NCBI GenBank assembly: GCA_944388805.1
Contig: CALXKE010000003.1
Location: forward strand, 7,885-71,884
DNA length: 64,000 bases
From: an uncultured Clostridia bacterium
Lineage (GTDB): Bacteria > Bacillota > Clostridia > TANB77 > CAG-508
Direction of reading: 5' to 3'
Made by a program: the position numbers and the translations under genes. Under the pieces are notes generated by a model that made no database searches, had not been told where the DNA came from, and saw only the letters and a list, made by a program, of their open reading frames with translations. This document shows, in pieces, positions 47,732-57,530 of the stretch (position 1 is its first letter; each line of letters opens with the position of its first letter).

Positions 47732-49318
47732 TTATTTCGTCAAATGTTTTAATTTTATGAGTTCATTAAATTCTTCCTCAAGCTCTTTTTTTCTTTTCTC
47801 ATCTTTTGTCATTGCTAATTCTGAAGTAATTTGTGATATCTTAAAATCTAATAATAGTTTATCATTTTCATTTTTACTTTGTTGTTTTTTACTTCTTTCT
47901 TTTTCATATTGTAGATAAGAAGAATAATTTCCTTCATATTCTATAATTTTATGGTTTTTTATAACTAAAATATCTGTTGCAATATGATCAATAAATGTTT
48001 TATCATGTGTAACAAATAAAATCGTTCCATTATATTCTTTTAACAATTCTTCTAAACTTTCAATGGATTCTATATCCAAGAAATTAGTAGGCTCATCTAA
48101 TATCAGTAAATTATTGTCTGATACCAATATCTTAGCAATCGATACTTTTACTCTTTCTCCACCACTTAAATCTTTTATGTTTTTTTCTAAGTCTTTATCT
48201 TTGAATAACAAATTTGCTAATATATTTTTTACAATCATTTCTGATTGATTCGTATCTTGCATGACATTTTGTAATACATTTTTACTAAAATCTAAGTTTG
48301 AAAAATCCTGCGAAAAATATCCTATTTTTATATTCGGATTTACTCTTATATGACAATTTCCATTTATGATTTGATTGATCAGTGTTGTCTTTCCTGCTCC
48401 ATTTTCTCCTATTAAAGCTGTTTTTCGATTGGTTTTGATAACACAACTTGCATGTTCAAATAATTGTTTTTCTCCTAATTGGATATTTAAATTTTCAATA
48501 CGGATTGCTATTTTATTTTTTGTATTTTCTTTTGTTTGATATTTCATATATATTTTTTGATTGTTTTGTGGTTTTTCTTTTACTTCTAGTTTTTCTAATC
48601 TAGTTTGCAAGGCATTTGTGTGTCCTTCCAATTTTTCTCTTATGTTTTCAACACCTCTTTTATGCAATCTTGCTTCAGAATTTCCCATTCTTTTGGGCGT
48701 TTTTCGAATTTCTTTTGCTGTATTTTTTGAAACATGAATCGCTTTTTCTAATCTTTGTTTTTCATTTATATATTGTATATATTCCAATTCTTTTCTTTTC
48801 GTTTCAGCCTCTTTTTGTAACTTATATTTTGAATAATTTCCTTCATATCTTTTTACTTTTCCATCTTTTATTTCTATAATGGCTGAACAAATTTCATCTA
48901 ATAGACTTCTATCATGAGATATGATTAATATTGTTCCTTGATATTTTTTTAATTCTTTTTCAATATGACTAATCCCATTCCTATCTAAATTGCTTGACGG
49001 TTCATCTAGTAATAGGATGCCATTTTGATGTAATACTTTTTGATGAAATGCTTCTTTCTTCTTCTCTCCGCCGCTTAAACTCTTATTTTCATAATTAATT
49101 TCTTCAAATTGCTCCATATATATGATATTTTGCTTACGAATAATTTCTCCTGTATCTGGCTCTATTCTTCCAGCTATGATGTTCAATAAAGTAGTTTTTC
49201 CTGATCCGTTTTGTCCTACTATTCCTATTTTTTCATTTTCATATACTTTTAAATCTTCAATTTCTAATATCTTTCTATCACCATAATATTTTGATATATT
49301 TTTTAATTCTAATACCAT
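47732..49318 (-). CDS. ABC-F ribosomal protection-like protein (Msr/Vga/CplR-like)
   Basis: Two ATPase domains with no TM segment (GQNGSGKTT, LSGGE; GENGAGKTT, LSGGERVK); linker PKRMGNSEARLH; start ATG 49318. Confidence 0.85.
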   Translation of the reverse strand: MVLELKNISKYYGDRKILEIEDLKVYENEKIGIVGQNGSGKTTLLNIIAGRIEPDTGEIIRKQNIIYMEQFEEINYENKSLSGGEKKKEAFHQKVLHQNGILLLDEPSSNLDRNGISHIEKELKKYQGTILIISHDRSLLDEICSAIIEIKDGKVKRYEGNYSKYKLQKEAETKRKELEYIQYINEKQRLEKAIHVSKNTAKEIRKTPKRMGNSEARLHKRGVENIREKLEGHTNALQTRLEKLEVKEKPQNNQKIYMKYQTKENTKNKIAIRIENLNIQLGEKQLFEHASCVIKTNRKTALIGENGAGKTTLINQIINGNCHIRVNPNIKIGYFSQDFSNLDFSKNVLQNVMQDTNQSEMIVKNILANLLFKDKDLEKNIKDLSGGERVKVSIAKILVSDNNLLILDEPTNFLDIESIESLEELLKEYNGTILFVTHDKTFIDHIATDILVIKNHKIIEYEGNYSSYLQYEKERSKKQQSKNENDKLLLDFKISQITSELAMTKDEKRKKELEEEFNELIKLKHLTK

Positions 49319-49320
49319 AA

Positions 49321-49379
49321 AAACTCCTCCTTTAATCATATTAAAGAAGGAGTTTATTATCTATTATTTTAAATCTCAT
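49321..49379 (-). promoter_or_regulatory. Translational attenuator: SD-sequestering hairpin plus leader ORF MRFKIIDNKLLL
   Basis: Minus strand AAACTCCTTCTTTAA-TATGA-TTAAAGGAGGAGTTT buries the SD; uORF 49379-49341 covers the 5' arm. Confidence 0.6.
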
Positions 49380-49673
49380 CTCATTTTCGCATTTATATTC
49401 TTATATATGTTCACTTATTTAATAGTTTTGTACATAAATTTTAAAATTTGCATTATTAATAAACCATTCTAAAATATGATTACCTCTTATTTTATTTGTT
49501 GTAGTTTATTAATAATAATCATTTTCCCACCATTTTAACCTTTCTTTTTAATTCCTTTTTATTTTACCATATGTTTATTTATTTTTCAATAAAAACTTTC
49601 CTTATATTTAAGTAATAAAATAGCGTACCATATGATACACTATTTTGTTATTAAATTTATTATTGAATAACTA

Positions 49674-50330
49674 CTAATCTGTTGAATCTCCCAAATAATA
49701 TATTTTTTTCTTGAAAATAAACTTGTTTGTTTTTTTCCAATAGAATAATAAACAACCAATAACAAAAGCAATTGCTAATACGGTTAATGTAATATGAGAA
49801 TATTGATCAAAAATTGCAAGCATATTTGCCCAATTTTCTCCTACGATATTTCCAATTGTTAATAGAACTGTATTCCAAACAGCAGATCCTGATATAGTAT
49901 ACATTAAAAATTTCCCCATAGACATTTCACTCATTCCTGCTGGTATAGAAATTAAACTTCTAACAATAGGAATAAATCTGCAGAAAAACACCGTTTTGTT
50001 TCCTTTTTCATCAAACCACTTATCTGCTTTATCAATGTCTTCTGTTTTTAATCTAAGTATTTTTCCCACTTTTCCTGAAACTAATTTTTTTAGTCTTTCT
50101 TTATTTAATATTCTTCCTACATAATATAGCACAATGGCACCAACTAATGATCCCAAAGTTGCTGATATAATCATGATAACAATATTTAATCCTGTATAAG
50201 TAGTCATAAATCCACCAAATAATAAAACTGCTTCTGACGGAATTGGTGGAAAAATATTTTCTACCGCTATTAATAAAAATACACCTAGATATCCAAATTG
50301 TTCCATTATAGATAACATGATTTCTTGCAT
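49674..50330 (-). CDS. DedA-family protein
   Basis: ENIFPPIPSE and FFCRFIPIVRSLISIPAG. Confidence 0.92.
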   Translation of the reverse strand: MQEIMLSIMEQFGYLGVFLLIAVENIFPPIPSEAVLLFGGFMTTYTGLNIVIMIISATLGSLVGAIVLYYVGRILNKERLKKLVSGKVGKILRLKTEDIDKADKWFDEKGNKTVFFCRFIPIVRSLISIPAGMSEMSMGKFLMYTISGSAVWNTVLLTIGNIVGENWANMLAIFDQYSHITLTVLAIAFVIGCLLFYWKKTNKFIFKKKIYYLGDSTD

Positions 50331-50392
50331 ATGTTTTCTCCTTTTTATTCATAACATGAATATACTATGATTATATTCCATTCGTTAAATTT

Positions 50393-51697
50393 TTAACTAT
50401 TTTTTTGTTTTTCTGGTCTATTAATACTATATCGTATATCTTCATCATTATATTCTTCTGGCTTCAAACCTACTTTATCTCTCATATAGTCTAACAATAA
50501 TATGATTCCAATTGTTGTAACACATCCTATGATAATAAATGTATTTGCAGTTGTGGTTATCGCTAATAATCCAGAGGAGATTAATGATAAAATAGCTGTT
50601 GCTAAATTGGCTGTTAAATATCTTAAAGCAGATATTTTAGGTCGTATGCTTCTATTGGTAAAATTATTTAAATATCTTGTAATTAGTCCTACATATGGTC
50701 CTTTAATAGCATATTGAATTGCAAATAAGACTACAATTAGGATTAAAGATGACCTTGATAATTGGTCTTGTCCTATAAATCCTATAACAATACATGACAT
50801 TACCATAGGAATTCCTAACCATGCTAATGTTTTATTTCCAAAATTTTCTTGTATTTTTTCTGTATTTCTAGTAGAAATTGCCGCAATAATTTGTAATATA
50901 GCAAATATAACGCCAAAATACTGTTCAGGAACATGTATTTCTTCTAATATACTACTTCTTAAATTAACAATTGCCGTTATAGTTCCCATTAACAATGCAT
51001 TAAACATAATTAATGAACGAATCCTTTTTGACTTTAAGAAATACCTAAAAGACGTTTTTAATTGTACCATATATTCTGTAAACTTAATTGGTTTTACCTT
51101 GTTTTGTGCAATTGCTGTATGCCTGAATTTAAAAGATAAAATCGTTGCAAGTGTACAACATATAAAACATAAAACCATAGGAATATATCCATTGATAACA
51201 AATGTAAAACCTGCTGTTGTAGAAGCAATGGCTTCCAATATATAGAAATAAGATGTAGATTTCCCATCTATTTTTGAGAATATCTTTCCTCTTCTATATC
51301 CTTTTGGTAAAGAATCATATAATATATTTGCTTCACATATTCCTTTTATAGAATATCCTAGTGCATATATAAATTGAATAATTAGTAATTCATAATATTC
51401 CTGCATAAATATCATAGATAATATGCTTAATGTATATAATACATTTCCAACAATTAATGCATTTTTCTTTCCCACTCTATCTACTAATCTTGTTACTGGT
51501 ATCTGCCATAAAGTATTGGATAATGTATAAAAGGCGTCAGAAAATAATACTTGTGCTGCTGAAAATCCCTTTACTTGTGTCAGAAATAAAAATATAATTG
51601 GGTAATAAAATAATAGGTCCCATGATACCATTTTGTATAATGGGAATAACCTAACATTTTTCTTTTTATGTCTGATTAATTTTTCCTTTGTACTCAA
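50393..51697 (-). CDS. MFS transporter
   Basis: About 12 TM helices; motif A-like RLVDRVGKKNAL; ILYDSL. Confidence 0.85.
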   Translation of the reverse strand: MSTKEKLIRHKKKNVRLFPLYKMVSWDLLFYYPIIFLFLTQVKGFSAAQVLFSDAFYTLSNTLWQIPVTRLVDRVGKKNALIVGNVLYTLSILSMIFMQEYYELLIIQFIYALGYSIKGICEANILYDSLPKGYRRGKIFSKIDGKSTSYFYILEAIASTTAGFTFVINGYIPMVLCFICCTLATILSFKFRHTAIAQNKVKPIKFTEYMVQLKTSFRYFLKSKRIRSLIMFNALLMGTITAIVNLRSSILEEIHVPEQYFGVIFAILQIIAAISTRNTEKIQENFGNKTLAWLGIPMVMSCIVIGFIGQDQLSRSSLILIVVLFAIQYAIKGPYVGLITRYLNNFTNRSIRPKISALRYLTANLATAILSLISSGLLAITTTANTFIIIGCVTTIGIILLLDYMRDKVGLKPEEYNDEDIRYSINRPEKQKNS

Positions 51698-51712
51698 CTG
51701 TTTCTCCTCTTT

Positions 51713-52657
51713 TTAATCATTCATTTCTTTTTCTCCATTATACTCATTTACCAAATATAATGGTCTATCTTTACTTTCATTAAATATTCTTCCTAAATAT
51801 TCTCCTATAATTCCAAATAATAATATTTGTACGCCAGAGAAAAATAGAATCAATAATATAATTGCTTGATATGCTTGGATCATTGTACTTGTTATAATAC
51901 ATTTTGCAATTACATATACAAAATATACAAATAAAATAATAAATGTTGGTATACTAATATATGTTGATATTCTAAGTGGTGATGTCGTAAATGATGTAAT
52001 TCCATCTATTGCTAAATCTATTAGCTTTTTATAATTCCATTTTGTTTGCCCTGCAATTCTTGGGTCTCTATCATATAGTACTTCTTTTTTCTTGTATCCT
52101 ATCCAACTAAACATACTTTTTGAATTTCTTTGAGATTCTCTCATTTTTCTCAAGGCATTCACACATCTTCTGTCTAATAATCTAAAATCTCCTGTGTCTT
52201 GTTGAATTGGTACATTTGTTAAATGTTGCAAAACTCTATAATACATTTTTGATGTAAATTTCTTTAGCCAAGTTTCTCCTTTTCTTGAACTTCTTTTGGC
52301 ATAAACGTCATCATATCCTTCTTCCCAGTATTTTACCAATTCAGGAATCAATTCTGGTGGATCTTGTAAATCGGCATCCATAAAAATAACACAATCTCCT
52401 GTTGCATAATCTAATCCTGCAATCATAGCAATTTCTTTTCCAAAGTTTCTAGAAAAATCAACATAGCATATTCTATTATCTTTTTCTCTATATTCTTTTA
52501 TTAAATTAATGGTATTATCTTTACTTCCATCATTTACAAATAAAATTTCAAATTCATAATGCTCCATAGAACTCATTAATTTTTCTAATCTTTCATATAA
52601 ATGTGGTAATGATTCTTCTTCATTATATGCTGGTATAATTATGGTTATTTTTTTCAT
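51713..52657 (-). CDS. GT2 polyprenol-phosphate glycosyltransferase (GtrB/CsbB-like)
   Basis: IIPAYNEEE, VNDGSKD, FSRNFGKE, DADLQDPPE and TGDFRLLDR; two C-terminal TM helices. Confidence 0.93.
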   Translation of the reverse strand: MKKITIIIPAYNEEESLPHLYERLEKLMSSMEHYEFEILFVNDGSKDNTINLIKEYREKDNRICYVDFSRNFGKEIAMIAGLDYATGDCVIFMDADLQDPPELIPELVKYWEEGYDDVYAKRSSRKGETWLKKFTSKMYYRVLQHLTNVPIQQDTGDFRLLDRRCVNALRKMRESQRNSKSMFSWIGYKKKEVLYDRDPRIAGQTKWNYKKLIDLAIDGITSFTTSPLRISTYISIPTFIILFVYFVYVIAKCIITSTMIQAYQAIILLILFFSGVQILLFGIIGEYLGRIFNESKDRPLYLVNEYNGEKEMND

Positions 52658-52689
52658 TTTATTCTCATTCCTTTCTTAAGGTCAAAATT

Positions 52690-52715
52690 GGTTAAAAAAG
52701 AATTATTTCTCAACC
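52690..52715 (+). repeat. Minimal or empty version of the family C element
   Basis: GGTTAAAAAAGAATTATTTCTCAACC resembles the outer arms of 55352-55476 joined at a single AATT, in the same SD context. Confidence 0.55.
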
Positions 52716-52726
52716 CTTTCACTTTT

Positions 52727-53152
52727 CTACCCATTTACTTCTTTCTTTGTTTTAAATGCAAAAAATTTACTTATAAAAAAGTTTAGAATGACAACAATCA
52801 CTGTAATGGTTACTTTTGTGATGACATATTCTACATGTAAGACTGTATAAAGTAAAAATACACCTGCCATTTCTAATACCATCGTAAACAATCTACCTAA
52901 TATAAATTTAAAAAATTCTGTCCATTTTTCTTTTGCAGTTTCCGCTGTAGAATTAAATACCATTTTACGATTGGTAAAATAAGCAAACAAAATAGAAATA
53001 ATAATTCCTATTGTACTTGCTATATTTCCTTCAACCTGAAATGCTTTTACTAATATTGTTGAAACTCCTATATTAATGAGTGTTGTTAATACACCAAATA
53101 TTAAATATGATATGGTTTCTCTTGTACATAATTTTTTTATAATTTTTTCCAT
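52727..53152 (-). CDS. GtrA-family flippase-like protein
   Basis: YLIFGVLTTLIN, FAYFTNRKMVF and VVILNFFISKFFAF. Confidence 0.92.
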   Translation of the reverse strand: MEKIIKKLCTRETISYLIFGVLTTLINIGVSTILVKAFQVEGNIASTIGIIISILFAYFTNRKMVFNSTAETAKEKWTEFFKFILGRLFTMVLEMAGVFLLYTVLHVEYVITKVTITVIVVILNFFISKFFAFKTKKEVNG

Positions 53153-53297
53153 TTTTCTTCACTTTCTTATTATTTTCTTTATTAAATTTAAAGTTCATTC
53201 CATATTTTTTTATTTGTATCTTCTTTATATTTTTCATTATCATTCGTTAAAATCGTTACTATTATATCAATAAATATATTTCTTGTAAAGCATATGA

Positions 53298-54207
53298 TTA
53301 TTGCTTATTCTTAAAATAATAACTTTTTATCATTCCTGGAATGAATAATAATATATATAATATTTTGTTTTCTATTCCTTTTATGTTTCCTATGTTATAT
53401 TGTTTTGTTAAATAACCAAATAAAATATAATGTTTCATAACATATAACCTCTTTTTTAGAGAAATTCCTCGCATATCCTGTTGTTCTAAAATCTCTTTGA
53501 AATATGCAAAATGTCCATATGGATTTTCTTTAAAAACTTTTCTAATATTTTTGGTATATCCATCTTCTTTGTAATCGCATATCATAAGTGGTTTATTGAT
53601 ACATTTCATTTTATATTTCAAATCCATTTCATGATACATCCTGGCTTCTGTTGAAAACTTTTCATGATTTTCAATTTTATACTGATACTGTTTTCGGATA
53701 TCTGCAAAAAATACAATTGCTTTTTCTCCAGTTTCTCCGCTCTTTAAAATATAAATCAAACATGGTGGTCTCTTCTTTTCGAAATAAGTTTCCAATATTA
53801 TTTCCGTTTAAATCATATTTTAAAAAGCACAAACCATATAAATCATTTCTCTCTCTTGTTTCATAATAAGCTTGTAAAATATCATAAAATGCATTATCTG
53901 AAAATATATCATCAGAGTCACACTCTACAATTAAATCTCCATTAGCATATTGAACAACATTGTTAATAGCTGACATTTTTCCTTGATTTTTTTGTTTATG
54001 ATATTGTATTTCTATCTTTTTTTCATTTATGTACTGATGGATTACTTCTTCTGTATTATCTGTTGAACCATCATCTATAACAAGCCATTGTACTTGTACA
54101 CTTTGCCTTACTTCATCATTTAGTTCTAAGTTTTTCACAATGCTGTTGTATAAATTACCAAGCATATTGGCCCTATTATATGTTGGTGTAATAATAGATA
54201 ATTTCAT
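53298..54207 (-). pseudogene. GT2 glycosyltransferase split by a +1 frameshift (pseudogene, sequencing error or programmed frameshift)
   Basis: N-half has ITPTYNRA, DDGSTD and CDSDD. Skipping base 53739 in TTT AAA GAG C GGA GAA joins FDLYFKE to GETGEKAIVF, giving a 302-aa protein. Confidence 0.8.
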
Positions 54208-54209
54208 AA

Positions 54210-55316
54210 TTATTCTTCCTTTAATAATTTTTCTAATTTTTTGATGATATGCTGATTATCATAAGTTTGTTTCTTCTCATCAAAAGTTTTTATATTATTT
54301 TCAATGATATATTTTAATTTATTATAAATTTCATGTTCATCGTTTTCTACAATCACTGTATTTCTATAATTTTCAACAGCTTCTCTTGCTGCTGTATTGG
54401 TAATAATAATTGGCTTATTCAAAATTTTTGCTTCTTCTAGCACCATACCATATCCTTCAAATTTAGAAAGTAAGCAAAAAATATCTGCTTGTTTCATATA
54501 TGGATATGGATTTTCTTTGGCACCTAATAAGAAAAATGTTTCTTGTAAATGTTCGTCTTTTATTAATTTTTCCAATTTTTCTTTTTCTGGTCCATCACCA
54601 ATAATATAAAATTTATTCATATAATGATTTGCAATTAATTCTCTATGAATACGAATTAATCTATCAATTCCTTTTTGTTCTACTAATCTTGCTACTGTCA
54701 AGAAATTGATTTGGTGATTATCAAAAGAAAAGTCTATTTTTTCTTCTGCTTTTTCTATTACTTTCTGTGCATTTATATAATTATAGATAACCTCTTCTGT
54801 TGGTTTCATATTCGGATATCGTATGTCAAACACTTCTTGATTATCTTTACTAACAAATATCAGTTTTTGATATTTGTTATAAATCCTTCTATCTATGAGT
54901 AATTTTAGTTTTGCTTTTAATCCATTTCCATATACTTTTGAAATATCATTATGAATCCAAGCTATTTTCTTTGTATTTTTATTTTTTGTGCTAAATAGCC
55001 TTGTAATTGGTCCTTCTAAGAAAGCGATTTCTATATCATAATTACCTTGAATATATTTTTTATAATATTGTTTTTGGAAGCATAAAATCTTTAATGGTAT
55101 TTTTATTTTTTCAAACTGACTAAATCTCTTGTATGGTTTGTCAAATATTCTTTTTACTTTTATCTTATCATTTAAACTTTTTTCTAACTCACCTTTTCCA
55201 TAAATCGTAAATATCGTAATGTCAAATGTATCACATAAACGATTTGCCATATCAACCAATACTCTCTCTGCTCCGCCTAACGTTAAACTCGTTATTCCCA
55301 ATATTATCTTTTTCAT
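54210..55316 (-). CDS. GT4-family glycosyltransferase
   Basis: GGAERVL, AWIHND, VARLVEQKG, NPYPYM and SKFEGYGMVLEEA. Confidence 0.92.
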   Translation of the reverse strand: MKKIILGITSLTLGGAERVLVDMANRLCDTFDITIFTIYGKGELEKSLNDKIKVKRIFDKPYKRFSQFEKIKIPLKILCFQKQYYKKYIQGNYDIEIAFLEGPITRLFSTKNKNTKKIAWIHNDISKVYGNGLKAKLKLLIDRRIYNKYQKLIFVSKDNQEVFDIRYPNMKPTEEVIYNYINAQKVIEKAEEKIDFSFDNHQINFLTVARLVEQKGIDRLIRIHRELIANHYMNKFYIIGDGPEKEKLEKLIKDEHLQETFFLLGAKENPYPYMKQADIFCLLSKFEGYGMVLEEAKILNKPIIITNTAAREAVENYRNTVIVENDEHEIYNKLKYIIENNIKTFDEKKQTYDNQHIIKKLEKLLKEE

Positions 55317-55351
55317 ATTTTCATGTATTCCTTTCTTAATGCTTCAAACAT

Positions 55352-55476
55352 GGTTAGGAAAGAATTAAATTTTGGCTAGGAAAACAAGTTTGAAATTTAT
55401 GAGACGTACTTATTTGTACGTTGATTAAATTTCAAATGAAGTTTGACAACGCCAAAATTCTAATTATTTTCTAACC
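55352..55476 (+). ncRNA. Structured intergenic element, family C copy 2
   Basis: Same loops as 43921-44041 (TAGG/ACAAC, AAG/TGAA, TGAG/TGAT) with compensatory stem changes. Confidence 0.65.
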
Positions 55477-56462
55477 TAAACAAATTTTTCTTGTAACTTA
55501 TCTCTTATAAATTTAATTCTCGCTAAACTTGTATAAATTTTTAATGTAATTGTATTTACAGATCTCATATATAAATTCTTTAACCCTTTTTCCTTTAAAT
55601 AGGTATTTTCCTTCCAATTTGTAAATTGTGTATTCAACGATTTCCATGCCATATGAATCATTTCTTTTCTTTCTTTTTTATTTTCAATCATTACCATTCT
55701 AAGCATAGAACTACATAAAATATATCTTGCATAAGTGTATTCTATTTCTTCTTTGTATTCTTCAAACAAATTATTTGCTTTGTAATATTCAATAACATGT
55801 CCTAAAACATCAATAATTTCTTTTGTTCTTGTATTTTGTACATTTGAGATAGAGTCTTCTCTTTGTACATAATGAATGAATGGTTTTTGAACAATTCCAT
55901 AATCATGTATCAATGGCAATAGTTTATAGAAAAACTCTACATCTTCATATCGATATCCTTTGGGAAATTCTAAATGGTTATCTTGTACAATTTCTCTTTT
56001 AATTAGTTTATTCCATGCAACAACTCTTGTATGGATAAACATTTCTTTTTTATTACTATATTGTTTTCCTTTGCTTTCTAATGTCTTATCTGGATATTCC
56101 CATAGAAAATTACATTCTACATAATCCAAATCTTCTTTTTTTGCTTTATTATACATTTCTTCATACATATTGGTTTCAACATAATCATCAGAATCTAAAA
56201 AAGCAATATATTCTCCCTTGGCATGTGGAATTGCATAATTTCTAGCATCTGATAACCCACCATTTTCTTTTTCCAAATAGATAATTTTATTTGGATATTT
56301 TTCTACAAATTGTTTGGCAATCTCCTCCGTCCCATCTTGACTTCCATCATTCACAAGCAAGATTTCAATATCTTCTAATGTTTGATTTACTAAAGATTGC
56401 AAACATTTTTCTATGTAATTTTCTACATTATAAAATGGAACAATGATACTAACCTTTATCAT
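55476..56462 (-). CDS. GT2-family glycosyltransferase
   Basis: SIIVPFYNVE, NDGSQD, NGGLSDARN, FLDSDD, WNKL and YED. Confidence 0.93.
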   Translation of the reverse strand: MIKVSIIVPFYNVENYIEKCLQSLVNQTLEDIEILLVNDGSQDGTEEIAKQFVEKYPNKIIYLEKENGGLSDARNYAIPHAKGEYIAFLDSDDYVETNMYEEMYNKAKKEDLDYVECNFLWEYPDKTLESKGKQYSNKKEMFIHTRVVAWNKLIKREIVQDNHLEFPKGYRYEDVEFFYKLLPLIHDYGIVQKPFIHYVQREDSISNVQNTRTKEIIDVLGHVIEYYKANNLFEEYKEEIEYTYARYILCSSMLRMVMIENKKERKEMIHMAWKSLNTQFTNWKENTYLKEKGLKNLYMRSVNTITLKIYTSLARIKFIRDKLQEKFV

Positions 56463-56483
56463 GATTTAACGCATTCCTTTCTA

Positions 56484-56534
56484 AGGCACAAGTACTGAAA
56501 TCTGACGACGCCAAAATTGTATTTATTTTCCAAG
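56484..56534 (+). repeat. Internally deleted family C element
   Basis: Left arm AGGCACAAGTACTGAAA and right arm TCTGACGACGCCAAAATTGTATTTATTTTCCAAG resemble the ends of 43909-44041. Confidence 0.65.
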
Positions 56535-57497
56535 TTTTTTTCTTAAACTTAAATACCATCTTATATTTAAGCTTAAAATTATTTTTCTAAATAATTGTCT
56601 TGTATCTTTCGCCTTAATATTTTTTGTCATGTTTCTTTTTCTAATTTCTTTTATATATTGCTTTTGATCCTTTTTTTCTAACGTTTCTATTTTTAATAAA
56701 ATTGCATTTGTATAATAAATTTTTAATGTTTCTGCTATTTTTTTGTTTAATTTATATCTCTCAATTTTTAATAAAGCTTCATCATATTGTTTTAGTGCAT
56801 CATTTGCTTTTTTCTTTGTTTTTTCATAACTGTCATTTCTTGTAATGCTTCCTTTTACTTGTACATAATGATATCCATAAAAATTAATAGAAATCATTGT
56901 TTTGGCAAGTACAATCACAAATGGCATTAATCCAAAATCTTCATGTTCTGTTCCAACCTTAAACTCTAATTTGTTCTTTGTAAATATCTCTTTTTTTATC
57001 ACATACACACAAGGAGAGTCTAATAAAACATCTGTTGAATATAGTTCTTCAAATCCTTCTTCTCCTGTTTTATTTTCAAATACAGGTCCACTGACTGTTT
57101 CTATGACATTTCCTTTTTCATCTTCTCTTTGCAATTTAAATTTAATTAACTCTATATCTTTTTCCATATATTGTTTTACTAAACCATATAAATGAATATC
57201 TAAGTAATCATCTGCATCTAAAAACAAGATATATGTTCCTTTTGCTTTTTTAATTCCATAATTTCTTGTATCAGCAACTCCTGTATTTTTCTTTTTGTAA
57301 TAAGAAATGATTTTAGGATTTTTTTCTTTATATTCTTGTATAATTTTATCAGATGCATCTGTACTTCCATCATTAATTAATACAATTTCCAAATCTTCAT
57401 CTTTTTGTTTTAAAACAGATTCCATACATCTTTTTAATGTTTTTTCCGCATTATATACGGGAATAATGACACTTAATTTTTTCAATATTCTCTCCAT
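56523..57497 (-). CDS. GT2-family glycosyltransferase
   Basis: SVIIPVYNAE, NDGSTD, GVADTRN, FLDADD and HED. Confidence 0.92.
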   Translation of the reverse strand: MERILKKLSVIIPVYNAEKTLKRCMESVLKQKDEDLEIVLINDGSTDASDKIIQEYKEKNPKIISYYKKKNTGVADTRNYGIKKAKGTYILFLDADDYLDIHLYGLVKQYMEKDIELIKFKLQREDEKGNVIETVSGPVFENKTGEEGFEELYSTDVLLDSPCVYVIKKEIFTKNKLEFKVGTEHEDFGLMPFVIVLAKTMISINFYGYHYVQVKGSITRNDSYEKTKKKANDALKQYDEALLKIERYKLNKKIAETLKIYYTNAILLKIETLEKKDQKQYIKEIRKRNMTKNIKAKDTRQLFRKIILSLNIRWYLSLRKKLGK

Positions 57498-57530
57498 CTT
57501 TCTTTTTAAAATATTGTTTCTAATTGAAGA

